The translations under genes were made by a program, and so were the position numbers. The notes beneath the pieces were generated by a model. That model searched no databases. It saw only the letters and a list, made by a program, of their open reading frames with translations, and was not told where the DNA came from. DNA of 64,000 nucleotides, from contig NIVC01002192.1 in the NCBI GenBank assembly GCA_002269645.1, positions 108,952 through 172,951 of the forward strand, written 5' to 3'. This stretch comes from Macrostomum lignano (taxonomy: Eukaryota). Shown here piece after piece: positions 8,407 to 23,400 of this stretch. Each line of letters starts with the position of its first letter. The stretch's first letter is position 1.

Positions 8407-11400
8407 CTCCAAGGACGCATTCAACCGGTCGTTGGCGTCGCCAGCGTTGGCCTGAAGGCGCCGGACCTCCGCCGCGTCACCTTCGGCCGCGGTGCTCAGC
8501 GCAGTGATCTCGGTGCCCAGCTGAAGCAGCCGGACATCAGCGGCGCCGGCGCCGTCCATCGCAGCTCCAGTGAGGTTGAGCGCGGCCGTCAGGTAGGATG
8601 AGGCGTAGGAGATCCCCAGAGACTGGGAGCCGGCCTCGGCTGTGCCCGCACTGATCCGGGCCTGCACCTCGGCCAGCCGACTTTTCACTGATGGGTTGGG
8701 TGGGGGTTACGGGATCTGTCAGACTCAGGCTCAAAGCTTATGGAGCATTCAACTTCGCAATACGTACTGGCCTGCTCCTGCGACAGGGTGCTGTTGTGCC
8801 GGTCCTTCACCGGGATCAGCACCCGGTTCTTCCGGGTCCAGAAGTCCTCGGTTTTTTTCGCCAGCAGCTGAGTGGCCTCCAAATAGTCCGGCTGGCTGAC
8901 AAAGGCATCGCCGCGAGACTTGCTGGCCTCCAGCTGGCGGAGGAAGTCTGCGGGATGGGGGCGGTTGGTGGCTTAGGTTAGTAGGCATGGGCAAGGGTTT
9001 GCTGGGTAGGGGTGTGTGGGGCAGGGTTTGTGGGGCAGGAATGTGTGGGGCAGGGGTTTGTGGGGCAGGGGTTTGTGGGGCAGGGGTTTGTGGGGCAGGG
9101 GTTTGTGGGCAGGAATGTGTGGGCAGGGGTTTGTGGGCAGGGGTTTGTGGGGCAGGGGTTTGTGGGGCAGGGGTGTGGGGGCAGGGAATTGTGGGCAGGG
9201 GTGTGTGGGGCAGGGGTGTGGGGGGCAGGAGTATGGGATTCGATCAGGGGCGAAGTGGCTCTCAGTCGGGGCCAACGCACCGGTTGCATCCGCGTCCATC
9301 AGCTGGCTGGAGTTCTGCAGTGACTGCAGGCTGGTCAGGGCCTCCTCAGCCTGGTCTCTGGTGTCATTCTGGTCCTTCATCAGAGCCAGAGTCTGGAATT
9401 AGCCAGTTTTCAATACCACAGCTCAAATAAATCTCCAGAATGACAGGCGAATCTGCCAGCGAGCTCACCTGAGCATCTTCGGCTTCCTGTCGCTTCCTGA
9501 GCTGGTCGAGTTTCTCCTGCACCGGGCCGAGGCCCACGTCGCGACCTCCTTCGCTGGCGAGGGTGGCGGCTTCGGCCTGCAGGGCGGGGAATGGGAAGAG
9601 GACTGAAGAGGAAAACTGGGATACTCGGAACAGCGGGTGAGGGGGGAAGTGGGATAAGTTTTTGAAACTAACAAGCGAGCCAAATCTGATCCTTGAGGCT
9701 GAAATCTGTGCTGCGGCGCAAAATTACTTGCTGTAAGCGCCGAAATGATTGCTGTAAGCGCTGAAATGAGTGATGTAAGCGCCTAAATGAATGCTGTAAG
9801 CACCGAAATGATTGCTGTAAGCACCGAAATGATTGCTGTAAGCGCTGAAATGAGTGATGTAAGCGCTGAAATGAGTGATGTAAGCGCCAAAATGATTGCT
9901 GTAAGCACCGAAATGATTGCTGTAAGCGCCGAAATGATTACTGTAAGCACCGAAATGATTGCTGTAAGCGCCTAAATGAATGCTGTAAGCGCCTAAATGA
10001 TTGCTGTAAGCGCCGAAATGATTGCTGTAAGCACCGAAATGATTGCTGTAAGCACCGAAATGATTGCTGTAAGCGCTGAAATGAGTGATGTAAGCGCCTA
10101 AATGAAGAGAACATATGAGTAAAGGCTTCCTATACTAAAGAGGGGGGGGGGCGGTTTCGCCATCATGACACTGAGCAGCCTCACATCGAACTGCTGCAGC
10201 TCCGAGTCGATCCGCACCAGCAGCCGCTCCAGCTCGCTGCCGTTGAGCACCGCGGCCTGGTCGGCCCGCAGCCGCTGCAGACTGGAGTTGGCGGAGTCGG
10301 TGCTGTCGATCAGCATGAAGATGCAGCTGTCGCAGACTTTGCAGCCGCCCTGCGGGGTGTTCAGCCAGCCGCGCCGGCAGATGTCGCAGCGCTCGCCGCG
10401 GACCCCGTCGACGCACTGGCACTGGCCCGTGACATTGTCGCAGCCGGCGAAGTTCGCGCCGATGCAGCTGGTGCACTCTGGGGGCGCGGGCGGCGTGGGA
10501 TTCCGTTATGGGCTGGCCAGATCCCGGTAAAGAATTCCTCAGACTGATGGGATATCTTCTCTTGGACACAGAAATCCTCATGCTGGAATCCCAACACAGA
10601 AATCCTCATGCTGGAATCCCAACACAGAAATCCTCATGCTGGAATCCCAACACAGAAATCCTCATGCTGGAATCCCAACACAGAAATCCTCATGCTGGAA
10701 TCCCAACACAGAAATCCTCATGCTGGAACCCGAACTCAGAAATCCTCAAGCTGGAATCCCAACACAGAAATCCTCATGCTGGAATCCCAACACAGAAATC
10801 CTCATGCTGGAATCCGAACTCAGAAATCCCAATTAAACCCCAAATCTCAGAGATCACAATGTTTAATCACAAACCCCTAAATTGAAATCCCCCCTCTCAC
10901 CTGTGCACCCGTCAGGTCCGTAGCCATAGTAACCGGGCAGGCACCGGTCGCACTTGTCGCCGGTGACGCCCGGCCGGCACTGGCACAGGCCGGTGTCGCG
11001 GTCGCACTGCGAGCTCAGGCTGGCGTTGCCGCAGCCGCAGTCGCGACAGCCGCCGGCCGACCCGAAGCCCCAGCGGTCGGGCTCGCACTCGGAGCAGCGG
11101 GCGCCGCTGACGCCCTGACGGCAGAGGCACTCGCCAGTGCGTCGGTTGCACTTCACGGTGCCGTTGCGGTCGCAGGCGCAGTCTGGAGCAGAATGGGGAG
11201 TTGAGCTCGGGGTCTGCGAGACCTGCCGCTAATTAGGGAGTCGCAGCGTGAAGGGTTCGCTGTCTGACACAGTCTGACACTATCTGACACTGTCTGCACA
11301 GTCTGACACAGTCTGACACTGCCTGACACAGTATTACACAGTCTGACACAGTATTACACAGTCTGACACAGTATTACACAGTCTGACACAGTATTACACA

Positions 11401-14400
11401 GTCTGACACAGTATTACACAGTCTGACACTGCCTGACACAGTCTGACACAGTCTGATACAGTCTGACACTGCCTGACACAGTCTGACACAGTCTGATACA
11501 GTCTGACACAGTCTGACACAGTCTGACACAGTCTGACACAGTCTGACACAGTCTGAAACAGTCTGACACAGTCTGACACAGTCTGACACTGCCTGACACT
11601 GCCTGACAGTCTGACACTGCCTGACACTGCCTGACAGTCTGACACTGCCTGACACTATCTGACACAGTCTGACACAGTATTACACAGCTCTGACACTGCC
11701 TGACACTGCCTGACACAGTCTGACACAGTCTGACACAGTCTGACACAGTCTGACACAGTCTGACACTGCCTGACACTGCCTGACGGTCTGACACTGCCTG
11801 ACACTGTCTGACACAATCTGACACAGTATTACACAGCTCTGACACTGCCTGACACTGCCTGACACAGTCTGACACTGCCTGACACTGCCTGACAGTCTGA
11901 CACTGCCTGACACTGTCTGACACAGTCTGACACAGTATTACACAGCTCTGACACTGCCTGACACTGCCTGACACAGTCTGACACAGTCTGACACAGTCTG
12001 ACACAGTTTGACACTGCCTGACACTGCCTGACAGTCTGACACTGCCTGACACTGTCTGACACAGTCTGACACAGTATTACACAGCTCTGACACTGCATAT
12101 CCTTTAATTAGACCCTTTTCGATCAGACACACGGGCCGTCGGAAAAGTATCAGGGGCGGATGAGAGTATGGCTCACCTGTGCAGTTCTTCGCGTCCACTG
12201 AGTCGCCGAACATCCAGTCGGTGCACAGCTCGCAGTAGTAGCCAGTGGAGTTCTGGCAGCGCAGGCACTCGCCAGTGATATTGTGACAGGAGCCCGGCTC
12301 CATCAGGATGTTGCCGCTGCACGGGCAGGGTTGGCAGGGCAGGTTGCGAGCCGGGTCGCCATAGTAACCGGGCTTGCACCTGGCAGGGTTCGGTTTAAAC
12401 TGATTATTAATCTACTAGTATTAATTTCAAGTTAATAATCTGAGCACAAGTACGTAGCCTCTATTTTTGCAATTTTATCGATCCGCTCTGACTGGCAGTG
12501 TACGCACCCACCACCCCATTTTATCGATCCGCTCTGATCGGCAGTGTACACACCCACCACCCCATTTTATCGATCCGCTCTGACTGGCAGTGTACGCACC
12601 GACCACCCTATTTTATCGATCCGCTCTGTTTGGCAGTTTACGCACCCACCACCCAATTTTCTCGATCCGCTCTGACTGGCAGTGTACGCACCGACCACAA
12701 TATTTTATCGATCCGCTCTGTTTGGCAGTTTACGCACCCACCACCCAATTTTCTCGATCCGCTCTGACTGGCAGTGTACGCACCGACCACCCTATTTTAT
12801 CGATCCGCTCTGTTTGGCAGTTTACGCACCCACCACCCAATTTTCTCGATCCGCTCTGATAGGCAGTGTACACACCCCATTACCCCATTTTATCGATCCG
12901 CTCTGATAGGCAGTGTACACACCCCATTACCCCATTTTATCGATCCGCTCTGATCGGCAGTGTTCAGGATTCCAATAAACAGATTTGAGGTAAATAACGA
13001 ACAGGAACTCACCTCTCACAATTCACCCCATCGTATCCCTCTTTGCAGGTGCAAATATCCATATCGCTACCAAGCGCTTCGCATCTCTCGGCGAAATTCC
13101 TCGGGCAGCGGGGATATCTTTGCAACGCGGAGTTCAGGAAGTGCGGGCACTGGCTACTGCTGCAATGGTCGGGTTGGCGGGTTCTCTGAATGTTTATAAA
13201 AGGAGAGAAAGTGCAAGTAGTGCTACTGTTAGTAAATTAAAGAAAAGCGGGGAATATTACTTGGACACGGCTGGCCCGGGGCAGCGGCAGGGCCGGCAGA
13301 TTGTCTTCCCATCGGACCCGGTTTCAATCACGTGACCCGGCGGGCAGACCTCGCACTTCTTGCCGTAGAAGCCGTCGCGACAGTTCTGGAAAGTTAAAGT
13401 GCTTGTGAGTTGGGAATGGGGTGGGATTCTGATGGGGTGGGATTCTGACGGGATGGGATTCTGATGGGATGGGATTCTGGTGGGATGGGATTCTGATGGG
13501 ATGGAATTGTGATGGGATGGGATTCTGACGGGATGGGATTGTGATGGGATGGGATTCTGATGGGATAGGATTCTGATGGGATGGGATTCTGGTGGGATAG
13601 GATTCTGATGGGGTGGGATTCTGATGGGATGGGATTCTGATGGGATGGGATTCTGGTGGGATAGGATTCTGATGGGGTGGGATTCTGATGGGATGGGATT
13701 CTGATGGGATGGGATTCTGATGAGGTGGGATTCTGATGAGGTGGGATTCTGATGGGATGGGATTCTGATGGGGTGGGATTCTGATGGGGTGGGATTGTGA
13801 AGGGATGGGATTGTGATGGGATGGGATTGTGATGGGATGGGATTGTGATGGGATGGGATTGTGATGGGATGGGATTCTGATGGGATGGGATTGTGAAGGG
13901 ATGGGATTGTGATGAAATGGGATTGTGAAGGGATGGGATTGTGATGGGATGGGATTGTGAAGGGATGGGATTGTGATGGGATGGGATTCTGATGGGGTGG
14001 GATTCTGATGGGGTGGGATTGTGAAGGGATGGGATTGTGATGGGATGGGATTGTGATGGGATGGGATTGTGATGGGATGGGATTCTGATGGGATGGGATT
14101 GTGAAGGGATGGGATTGTGATGAAATGGGATTGTGAAGGGATGGGATTGTGATGGGATGGGATTGTGAAGGGATGGGATTGTGATGGGATGGGATTGTGA
14201 TGGGATGGGATTGTGATGGGATGGGATTGTGAAGGGATGGGATTCTGACGGGATGGGATTGTGATGGGATGGGATTGTGAAGGGATGGGATTGTGAAGGG
14301 ATGGGATTGTGATGGGATGGGATTGTGATGGGATGGGATTGTGATGGGATGGGATTGTGATGGGATGGGATTGTGATGGGATGGGATTGTGATGGGATGG

Positions 14401-17400
14401 GATTGTGGTGGGATAGGATTCTGATGGGATGGGATTGTGATGGGATGGGATTGTGATGGGATGGGATTGTGAAGGGATGGGATTGTGATGAAATGGGATT
14501 GTGAAGGGATGGGATTGTGATGGGATGGGATTGTGACGGGATGGGATTGTGACGGGATGGGATTGTGAAGGGATGGGATTGTGATGGGATGGGATTGTGA
14601 TGGGATGGGATTCTGATGGGATGGGATTCTGATGGGGTGGGATTCTGATGGGATGGGATTCTGATGAGGTGGGATTCTGATGGGGTGGGATTGTGAAGGG
14701 ATGGGATTGTGATGGGATGGGATTGTGATGGGATGGGATTGTGATGGGATGGGATTGTGATGGGATGGGATTCTGATGGGATGGGATTGTGAAGGGATGG
14801 GATTGTGATGAAATGGGATTGTGAAGGGATGGGATTGTGATGGGATGGGATTGTGAAGGGATGGGATTGTGATGGGATGGGATTGTGATGGGATGGGATT
14901 GTGATGGGATGGGATTGTGAAGGGATGGGATTCTGACGGGATGGGATTGTGATGGGATGGGATTGTGAAGGGATGGGATTGTGAAGGGATAGGATTGTGA
15001 TGGGATGGGATTGTGATGGGATGGGATTGTGATGGGATGGGATTGTGATGGGATGGGATTGTGATGGGATGGGATTGTGATGGAATGGGATTGTGATGGG
15101 ATGGGATTGTGGTGGGATAGGATTCTGATGGGATGGGATTGTGATGGGATGGGATTGTGATGGGATGGGATTGTGAAGGGATGGGATTGTGATGAAATGG
15201 GATTGTGATGGGATGGGATTGTGATGGGATGGGATTGTGATGGGATGGGATTGTGACGGGATGGGATTGTGATGGGATGGGATTGTGATGGGATGGGATT
15301 GTGATGGGATGGGATTGTGAAGGGATGGGATTGTGATGAAATGGGATTGTGATGGGATGGGATTGTGATGGGATGGGATTGTGATGGGATGGGATTGTGA
15401 CGGGATGGGATTGTGAAGGGATGGGATTGTGATGGGATGGGATTGTGATGGGATGGGATTGTGACGGGATGGGATTGTGAAGGGATGGGATTCTGATGGG
15501 ATGGGATTCTGGAGTGAATATGGGATCAAGCGGGATGGGATTGGGATTTTCGTCGGTCATCAAGTCGCCCGGGCTCACCAGGCACTGGCCGCTGAAGGGG
15601 TCGCAGAGCTCGGAGCGGTTGTTGCAGGCGCAGGGCTTGATGGTCAGCTGGCTCACGTCGCGGCCGCCGCTGGTATCGATGAAGAAGCCGCGACCGGGCA
15701 GCTGGCAGGAGAGGCCTGAGAACTCCTTCGGACAGGCGCAGCGCTCCACGCCCCGGACGGGCCGGCCGGCAGCCGAGGACGCGTCCGACACTTCGGCCAG
15801 CTCGAGCGAGGCGTCCTGCAGCCTGGCGGTTGCAAAACAAATGCAACTCGTCACTGAAAGTTCTCAAAAAATGACAGCTCGAACGCGGGCTCGAGGCTCA
15901 CCTGACCGCCCGCACGTTGCCAACGACGGCCATCGGCCAAGAGATGCGGCGCATCCGGGCCAGGAAGTTTAGGAACTGCAGGCGGGACATCACCGACCCG
16001 TTCTGGTTGGTGAACGAACTCTGCGGGAGGTCGGGCGTCGGCCGGTCATGGATACTCTCCCAGAATCACTCTCAGCGTCTCTCAGTGACTCTCAAGACTT
16101 TCAGTGACTATAAGTAACCCTCAGTGACTCTCAGTGACCCCTAGTGACTATCATTCACTCTCAGTGACTCTCAGTGACTGTGTGACTATCAGCGACTGTG
16201 ACTATCAGTGACTGTGTGATTCTCAGTGACTGTGTGATTCTCAGTGACTCTCAGTGACTTTCAGTGACTCTCTCAGGGATTCTCGGTGACTCTCAGTGAC
16301 TCTTAGTTGCTCAGCAACTCTTCAAGACTTTCAGTGACTCTCAGTGACTCTCAGTGACTCTCAGTGACTCTCAGTGACTCTCAGTGACTCTCAGTGACTC
16401 TCAGTGACTCTCAGTGACTCTCAGTGACTCTCAGTGACTCTCAGTGACTCTCAGTGACTCTCAGTGACTCTCAGTGACTCTCAGTGACTCTCAGTGACTC
16501 TCAGTGACTCTCAGTGACTCTCAGTGACTCTCAGTGACTCTCAGTGACTCTCAGTGACTCTCAGTGACTCTCAGTGACTCTCAGTGACTCTCAGTGACTC
16601 TCAGTGACTCTCAGTGACTCTCAGTGACTCTCAGTGACTGTGTGACTATGAGCGACTGTGAATTTCAGTGACTGTGTGATTCTCAGTGACTGTGTGACTC
16701 TCAGTGACTCTCAGTGACTCTCAGTGACTCTCAGTGACTCTCAGTGACTGTGTGACTATGAGCGACTGTGAATTTCAGTGACTGTGTGATTCTCAGTGAC
16801 TGTGTGACTCTCAGTGACTTTCAGTGACTCTCAGTGACTTTCAGTGACTCTCTCAGGGATTCTCGGTGACTCTCAGTGACTTTCAGTGACTCTCTCAGGG
16901 ATTCTCGGTGACTCTCAGTGACTCTCAGTGACTTTCAGTGACTCTCTCAGGGATTCTCGGTGACTCTCAGTGACTCTCAGTGACTCTTAGTGACTCTCAG
17001 TGACTCTCAGTGACTCTTAGTTACTGCCAGCGACTTTCTTGCGATACAGAACCTGAGCAAATCCCCAGTGACGCAAGAGACTCACCTCGTGCAGCAGCAG
17101 CTCTACTCGGAGCTCCTGGCCGGGTGTCCGGCCAGCCTGCATAATGCGGTGCCTCAGCGAGCCTCCCTGGTTGGTCTGCAATTCACAATTGAAGATTTTT
17201 CGATTCCTCTCGGTTTTCCCACCGAAAATTTATCCCAACTCCCAGCCTCACCCAGAGCGTGAGGAAGCTGTCCAGCTCAGCAGCCGCAGGCGCCCCATCG
17301 AACTCCAGCCGCATGGAAAGCCGCAGGCGGCCCAGATACAGCCGCACCGTCTCGTTGGTCAGCCGCTCCACGGGGATCAGCAGGTTCGCCGAGCTGTCGA

Positions 17401-20400
17401 AGTTGCTACCAGCCGGATGCGAGAAGAGAACGTCGTTCAGCTGCTGGGATGGCGCGGAGCTGCCAGAAGGCAGCGGCTGCACCAGCCGCTTCACCGATTG
17501 CTGTGGGGCCGGGGTGGAGGCAGTGCGAGTGACGGGTGGCTTGAGAGTGACAGACAGGATGAGAGTGACAAACAGGGTGAGAGTGACAGGCAGGGTGAGA
17601 GTGACAGACAGGGTGAGAGTGACAGGCAGGGTGAAAGTGACAGGCATGGTGAGAGTGACAGGCAGGGTGAGAGTGAAAAACAGGGCTAAAGTGACAGACA
17701 AGGTGAGAATGACAGGCAGAGCGAGAGTGACAGGCAGGGTGAGAGTGACAGACAGGGTGACAGGGACCGGCAGGGTGACAGAAAAAGCTGCTTTCAAGCA
17801 AAATGTCTCCCCAGAGACTCACCGTCACCATCCTGGCGGCGGCCTCGGTGCAGGTGGCATTCGGCAGGCCGCTGCAGAAGCAGGCGGTGCAGCCCGAAGG
17901 ATTCGCCGGGTCCAGGTTGAAGAACCCCGCCTTGCACCTCGAGCACGTGGGCGGGGCCACGTTTTCCTAGAAAATCGGGATTTTCAAAGAAATTGAAAGA
18001 CCAGAACAGCCGCTTTAAGCATTTTAAGGGTTTTGCTGCCTTCTGGCGCCACTTATACCCTTGTAGCACCTTGGCGCCACTCTACCCTTGTAGCACCTTG
18101 GCGCCACTCTACCCTTGTAGCACCTTGGCGCCACTCTACCCTTGTAGCGCCTTGGCGCCACTCTACCCTTGTAGCACCTTGGCGCCACTCTACCCTTGTA
18201 GCACCTTGGCGCCACTCTACCCTTGTAGCACCTTGGCGCCACTCTACCCTTGTAGCACCTTGGCGCCACTCTACCCTTGTAGCGCCTTGGCGCCACTCTA
18301 CCCTTGTAGCACCTTGGCGCCACTCTACCCTTGTAGCACCTTGGCGCCACTCTACCCTTGTAGCACCTTGGCGCCACTCTACCCTTCAAGCGGCCACAAT
18401 AGAAGTGTGTATCCACGTGTATCCTGTATCCCCGCAGCTCACCTTGCAGGCGCAGGCGCCGGACTCCGCGCTGCAGATCTCCTCGGTGACGCCCTCGGAG
18501 GTGCAGTTGCACTTCTCGCAGCTCGGAAAGGCAAAGTGGCCGCGCTTGCAGTGGCTGCACTTTTGGCCCGCGATGTTCTCGCCGCAGCTGCCGGGTTTGG
18601 AGCAGGGGAGACTCTGCTCTAGTCTCTGCTCTAGTGTCTGGTCTAGTGTCTGGTCTAGTGTCTGGTCTAGTGTCTGGTCTAGTGTCTGGTCTAGTGTCTG
18701 GTCTAGTGTCTGGTCTAGTGTCTGGTCTAGTGTCTGGTCTAGTGTCTGGTCTAGTGTCTGGTCTAGTGTCTGGTCTAGTGTCTGGTCTAGTGTCTGGTCT
18801 AGTGTCTGGTCTAGTGTCTGGTCTAGTGTCTGGTCTAGTGTCTGCTGTAGTCTCTGCTCCGGTCTCTGCTTCAGTCTCTGCTCTACTCTAGTCTCTGTTC
18901 CAATCTCTGATCTTATTCTCCCCTTCATTCGCCGCTCACCTGCACTGTCCCGTCACCAGGTCGCAGGTGGCCGAGCCGTTAGTTGTGCCAAGCGAGTTGC
19001 AGCGGCAGGGCTGAAATTGGAAGGCGGAGTTTCGTTACCCGGCGTCTGCTCCCCCTTTGGCATCTCCGGCAGCAGCCCCGCCTCTCACCATGCAGCCGGT
19101 GACCACGTTGTAGCCGTAGTTTCCGGGCTCGCAACGGTCGCACTTCTTGCCGGCCACGTTTCTGGGGCAGATGCACTCACCGTCCGGCTCCGAGCACAGC
19201 AGACCGCCCGGACAGTCGCACTCTGCGGCGGTTAGCCGATATGTATCGAAATTCAATATGCAGCCTGTTGAATTTCGCTGTACCCACAGCTTCATCTGAC
19301 ATCCACAGCTTCATCTGACATCCACAGCTTTATCTGACAACCACAGCTTCATCTGACATCCACAGCTTCATCTGACATCCACAGCTTTATCTGACAACCA
19401 CAGCTTCATCTGACATTCACAGCCAGTGGCCCCTGACACCCAGTGTCCTGACACCCAGTGTCCTGACACCCAGTGTCCTGACACCCAGTGTCCTGACACC
19501 CAGTGTCCTGACACCCAGTGTCCTGACACCCAGTGTCCTGACACCCAGTGTCCTGACACCCAGTGTCCTGACACCCAGTGTCCTGACACCCAGTGTCCTG
19601 ACACCCAGTGTCCTGACACCCAGTGTCCTGACACCCAGTGTCCTGACACCCAGTGTCCTGACACCCAGTGTCCTGACACCCAGTGTCCTGACACCCAGTG
19701 TCCTGACACCCAGTGTCCTGACACCCAGTGTCCTGACACCCAGTGTCCTGACACCCAGTGTCCTGACACCCAGTATTCTAACACCCAGACTCCTGACGAC
19801 AATCAGTCTCCTGACAGCCAGTCTCCTGACACCCAGTGGGCCCTGACACCCAGTGTCCTGACAACCAGTCTCCAGACACCCAGACTCCTGACATCCAGAC
19901 TCCTGACAACCAGTCTCCCTGACACCCAGTGGGCCCTGACACCCAGTGGGCCCTGACACCCAGTGGGCCCTGACACCGAGTCTTCTGGCACCCAGACTCC
20001 TGACAATCAGTCTCCTGACAGCCACACTTCTGACACCCAGTGGGCCCTGACACCCAGTGTCCTGACAGCCAGTCTCCTGACACCCAGACTCCTGACATCC
20101 AGACTCCTGACAACCAGTCTCCTGACACCCAGTCTCCTGACACCCAGTGTCCTGACAGCCAGTCTCCTGACACCCATTCTCCTGACACCCAGTGGATCCC
20201 GACACCCAGTCTCCTGACTCCCAGACTCCCGAGCACTTCTCTTCGCCATCTGCTCACTCTTGCACTCCGGGAAGCTGAAGTAGCCGATGGGGCATCGGTC
20301 GCAGGTGCGGCCAACCGTGATGCCGCGGCAACTGCACTGGCCAGACAGCGGGTCGCAGGTCTTGTTCAAGGCTCCCTGCGGGTGGCACTGGCAGGGCCTG

Positions 20401-23400
20401 TAGCCTTTGTTGTAGGTTACACTGGCCTGCTGCAGGCAGCGGGAGCACAACGGGTCCGAGCGCCTGCAGGTTTGATGAGGTCATTGAGCATTGGATGTGG
20501 TCATTGAGCATTGGATGTGGTCATTGAGCATTGGATGTGGTCATTGAGCATTGGATGTGGTCATTGAGCATTGAATAAGGTCATTGAGCATTGGATGAGG
20601 TCATTGAGCATTGGATGTGGTCATTGAGCATTGGATGTGGTCATTGAGCATTGGATGTGGTCATTGAGCATTGGATGTGGTCATTGAGCATTGGATGTGG
20701 TCATTGAGCATTGGATGAAGTCATTGAGCATTGGATGAAGTCATTGAACATTGGATGTGGTCATTGAGAATTGGCTGCCGTCATTAGGTCTCACCGGACT
20801 TCCAGCTCGTCAGCCAACAGGCAGTCTTGGCGGAACGTGGCGCCCAGTCGGACAGGGCTTTGCGGCAGCGGTGCCTCCGAAGTTGTAAGGAAGGCGGAGA
20901 ACTTCAAAAGGGTGGCGGTGGCGGTAAAGCTGAAGTGGACAGACACTGAAAGACAGCAGCAGCCCATCTCCCCAGATACAGCAACCCTCACAGACACAGC
21001 AGTCCTTACAGACACAGCAGTCCTTACAGACATAGCAGGCCTCACAGACACAGCAGTCCTTACAGACACAGCAGTCCTCACAGACATAGCAGGCCTCACA
21101 GACAGCAGTCCTTACAGACACAGCAGTCCTTACAGACATAGCAGGCCTCACAGACATAGCAGGCCTCACAGACATAGCAGGCCTCACAGACACAGCAGCA
21201 ACCCCCAGACAGACAGCAGCGCTCACCAGAAGCAGAGTGGCGTCTCCTTCCGCCCGGATCTCGGCGGTCACTTCGTTGATTCCGGGCAGCCGCAGCATCT
21301 CGCCGATGTCCACAGGGCAGCCGGCCTCGGCGGCGCAGAACTGCAGCGCCACGGAGCTGCGGACGGGCTCGGTTTTGGGGGCCGTCAGGGTGACGTTGAG
21401 CACCGGCAGCCTGTCGGCAAAGCCGGAGCCTTTCTGGCGCACCATGGCGAAGGCGCGGTAGCGAGTGGGGGCAGCGGAGTCGGCCGAGTCAGCAAACCGG
21501 AGACTGACGGTCGCCGCGCCCGCCGACAGCTCCAGCGGCTGCCCAGGCGGAGGCGGCGGAGGCGGCGGCTGCCCGCCATCGGCGACTGGGCGCGGCTGGC
21601 CGGCAGCTGCCTGCGGCGCCTCCCAGGCCGGAGCGATGGCGGCGCGGGGGCGGCCGGTGCCGGCGATGTCTGGCAGGCGGTAGCGGGCGATGCGGGACTC
21701 CAGCAGCCGCGGCGACCAGCGGCTTAGCGGAATGGTGTACACGGCTCTCTGCGGTGCGGGGAGGCGGCTGCAACTGATTTGTGCGATCACACTGTCACAC
21801 AGCACTGTCACACAGTAGTGCCATAGCCTCAGCACTGTCACACAGCACTGTCACACAGTAGTGCCATAGCCTCAGCACTGTCACACAGCACTGTCACACA
21901 GTAGTGCCATAGCCTCAGCACTGTCACACAGCACTGTCACACAGTAGTGCCATAGCCTCAGCACTGTCACACAGCACTGTCACACAGTAGTTCCATAGCC
22001 TCAGCACTGTCACACAGCACTGTCACACAGTAGTTCCATAGCCTCAGCACTGTTACACAGCACTGTCACACAGTAGTGCCATAGCCTCAGCACTGTCACA
22101 CAGCACTGTCACACAGTAGTTCCATAGCCTCAGCACTGTCACACAGCACTGTCACACAGTAGTTCCATAGCCTCAGCACTGTCACACAGCACTGTCACAC
22201 AGTAGTGCCATAGCCTCAGCACTGTCACACAGCACTGTCACACAGTAGTGCCATAGCCTCAGCACTGTCACACAGCACTGTTACACAGCACTGTCACACA
22301 GCACTGTCACACAGCACTGTCACACAGCACTGTCACACAGCACTGTCACACAGCACTGTCACACAGGCGGCCTCACCAGGCTGAGCCCGGGCCCAGACAG
22401 CAGCTGCAGGCGGATCTCCGTGTCGGCCGCCTTCAGCGCCAGCTCTGCCGGCAGGTCGGGGGCGCGCCTTCTCTTGGCGGGGTGCCGGCAGGGCTTGGAG
22501 TTCGGGCAGGCGGGCAGCTGGAACTCCAGGCTGTTGTCGCCCACCCGCAGGACCACTGTGTGGCCTCCGGGCCCGTCGCTGACGAAGTCCAGCAGCAGGA
22601 AGCGGCCCCCAGGGCGGGTAACGCTCAGCGCCAGGACGACTTCCGAGTCCGCCGTCAGAAACCGCTGCTCGGCTGAGGACTCCTGCAGGATGCGCGTGTG
22701 GGAATGTTCAGGATTAGTCACCGTTCAGGGCTGAGGACTACGGCCTGAGGGCTAAGGCCTGAGGGCTAAGGCCTGAGGGCTACGACGGCCTGAGGGCTAC
22801 AGCATGAGGGCTACAGCCTGAGGGCTACGGCCTGAGGGCTTGCTACTTTCCAGTTTGCGCAGTTTCTATGAGGTTCTGGAAGCACCCTATCGAACCCCAT
22901 GCAGCCTCACCAGCCTGAACTTGTCGTCCAGCATGGGCAGCTCGAACTCCGAGCAGACAACGAAGTCGTTGGCGGCTGAACTCGGGCAGGGCGGCGGGCT
23001 GATAGCCGCGCAGGCCTGGCCGGTCAGCAGCTCGGCCGGCGTCAGCTCCAGCCAGTCGATCAGCAGCGCCTCCTGGGCGAGGCGGCCGTCGGGGTCGGCC
23101 AGCTCCAGCCGCAGCGTGAGGTTCCCGGCGTCCGGCAGCTCCACGGTGGCCGTGGAGGCGGCGCCGGCATTGGCGGGAGCTCCGACGGGCACGCTGGCCA
23201 GCTGCCGGCCGCCGACCGCGGACACACGCAGGGCGAAGCCGGCGGCGGTGTCGTTGGCGCCGGCGGGCTGGAAGCCGGCCGCCAGGTAGCGGATGGCGAG
23301 GCGCTGCGGCCCCGGCCCTGGGCTGACGGTCGCGAGTTCGAGCTCCACGGCAGGCTGCGGCTTGTCGAGCGGCACGTAGCCGAGGTAGGAGAAGCCGGGG

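Noticed and set aside
9725-12962. Regular 21-46 bp arrays resembling CRISPR
   Set aside because: Units are contiguous with no unique spacers, there are no cas genes, and the context is eukaryotic intron.
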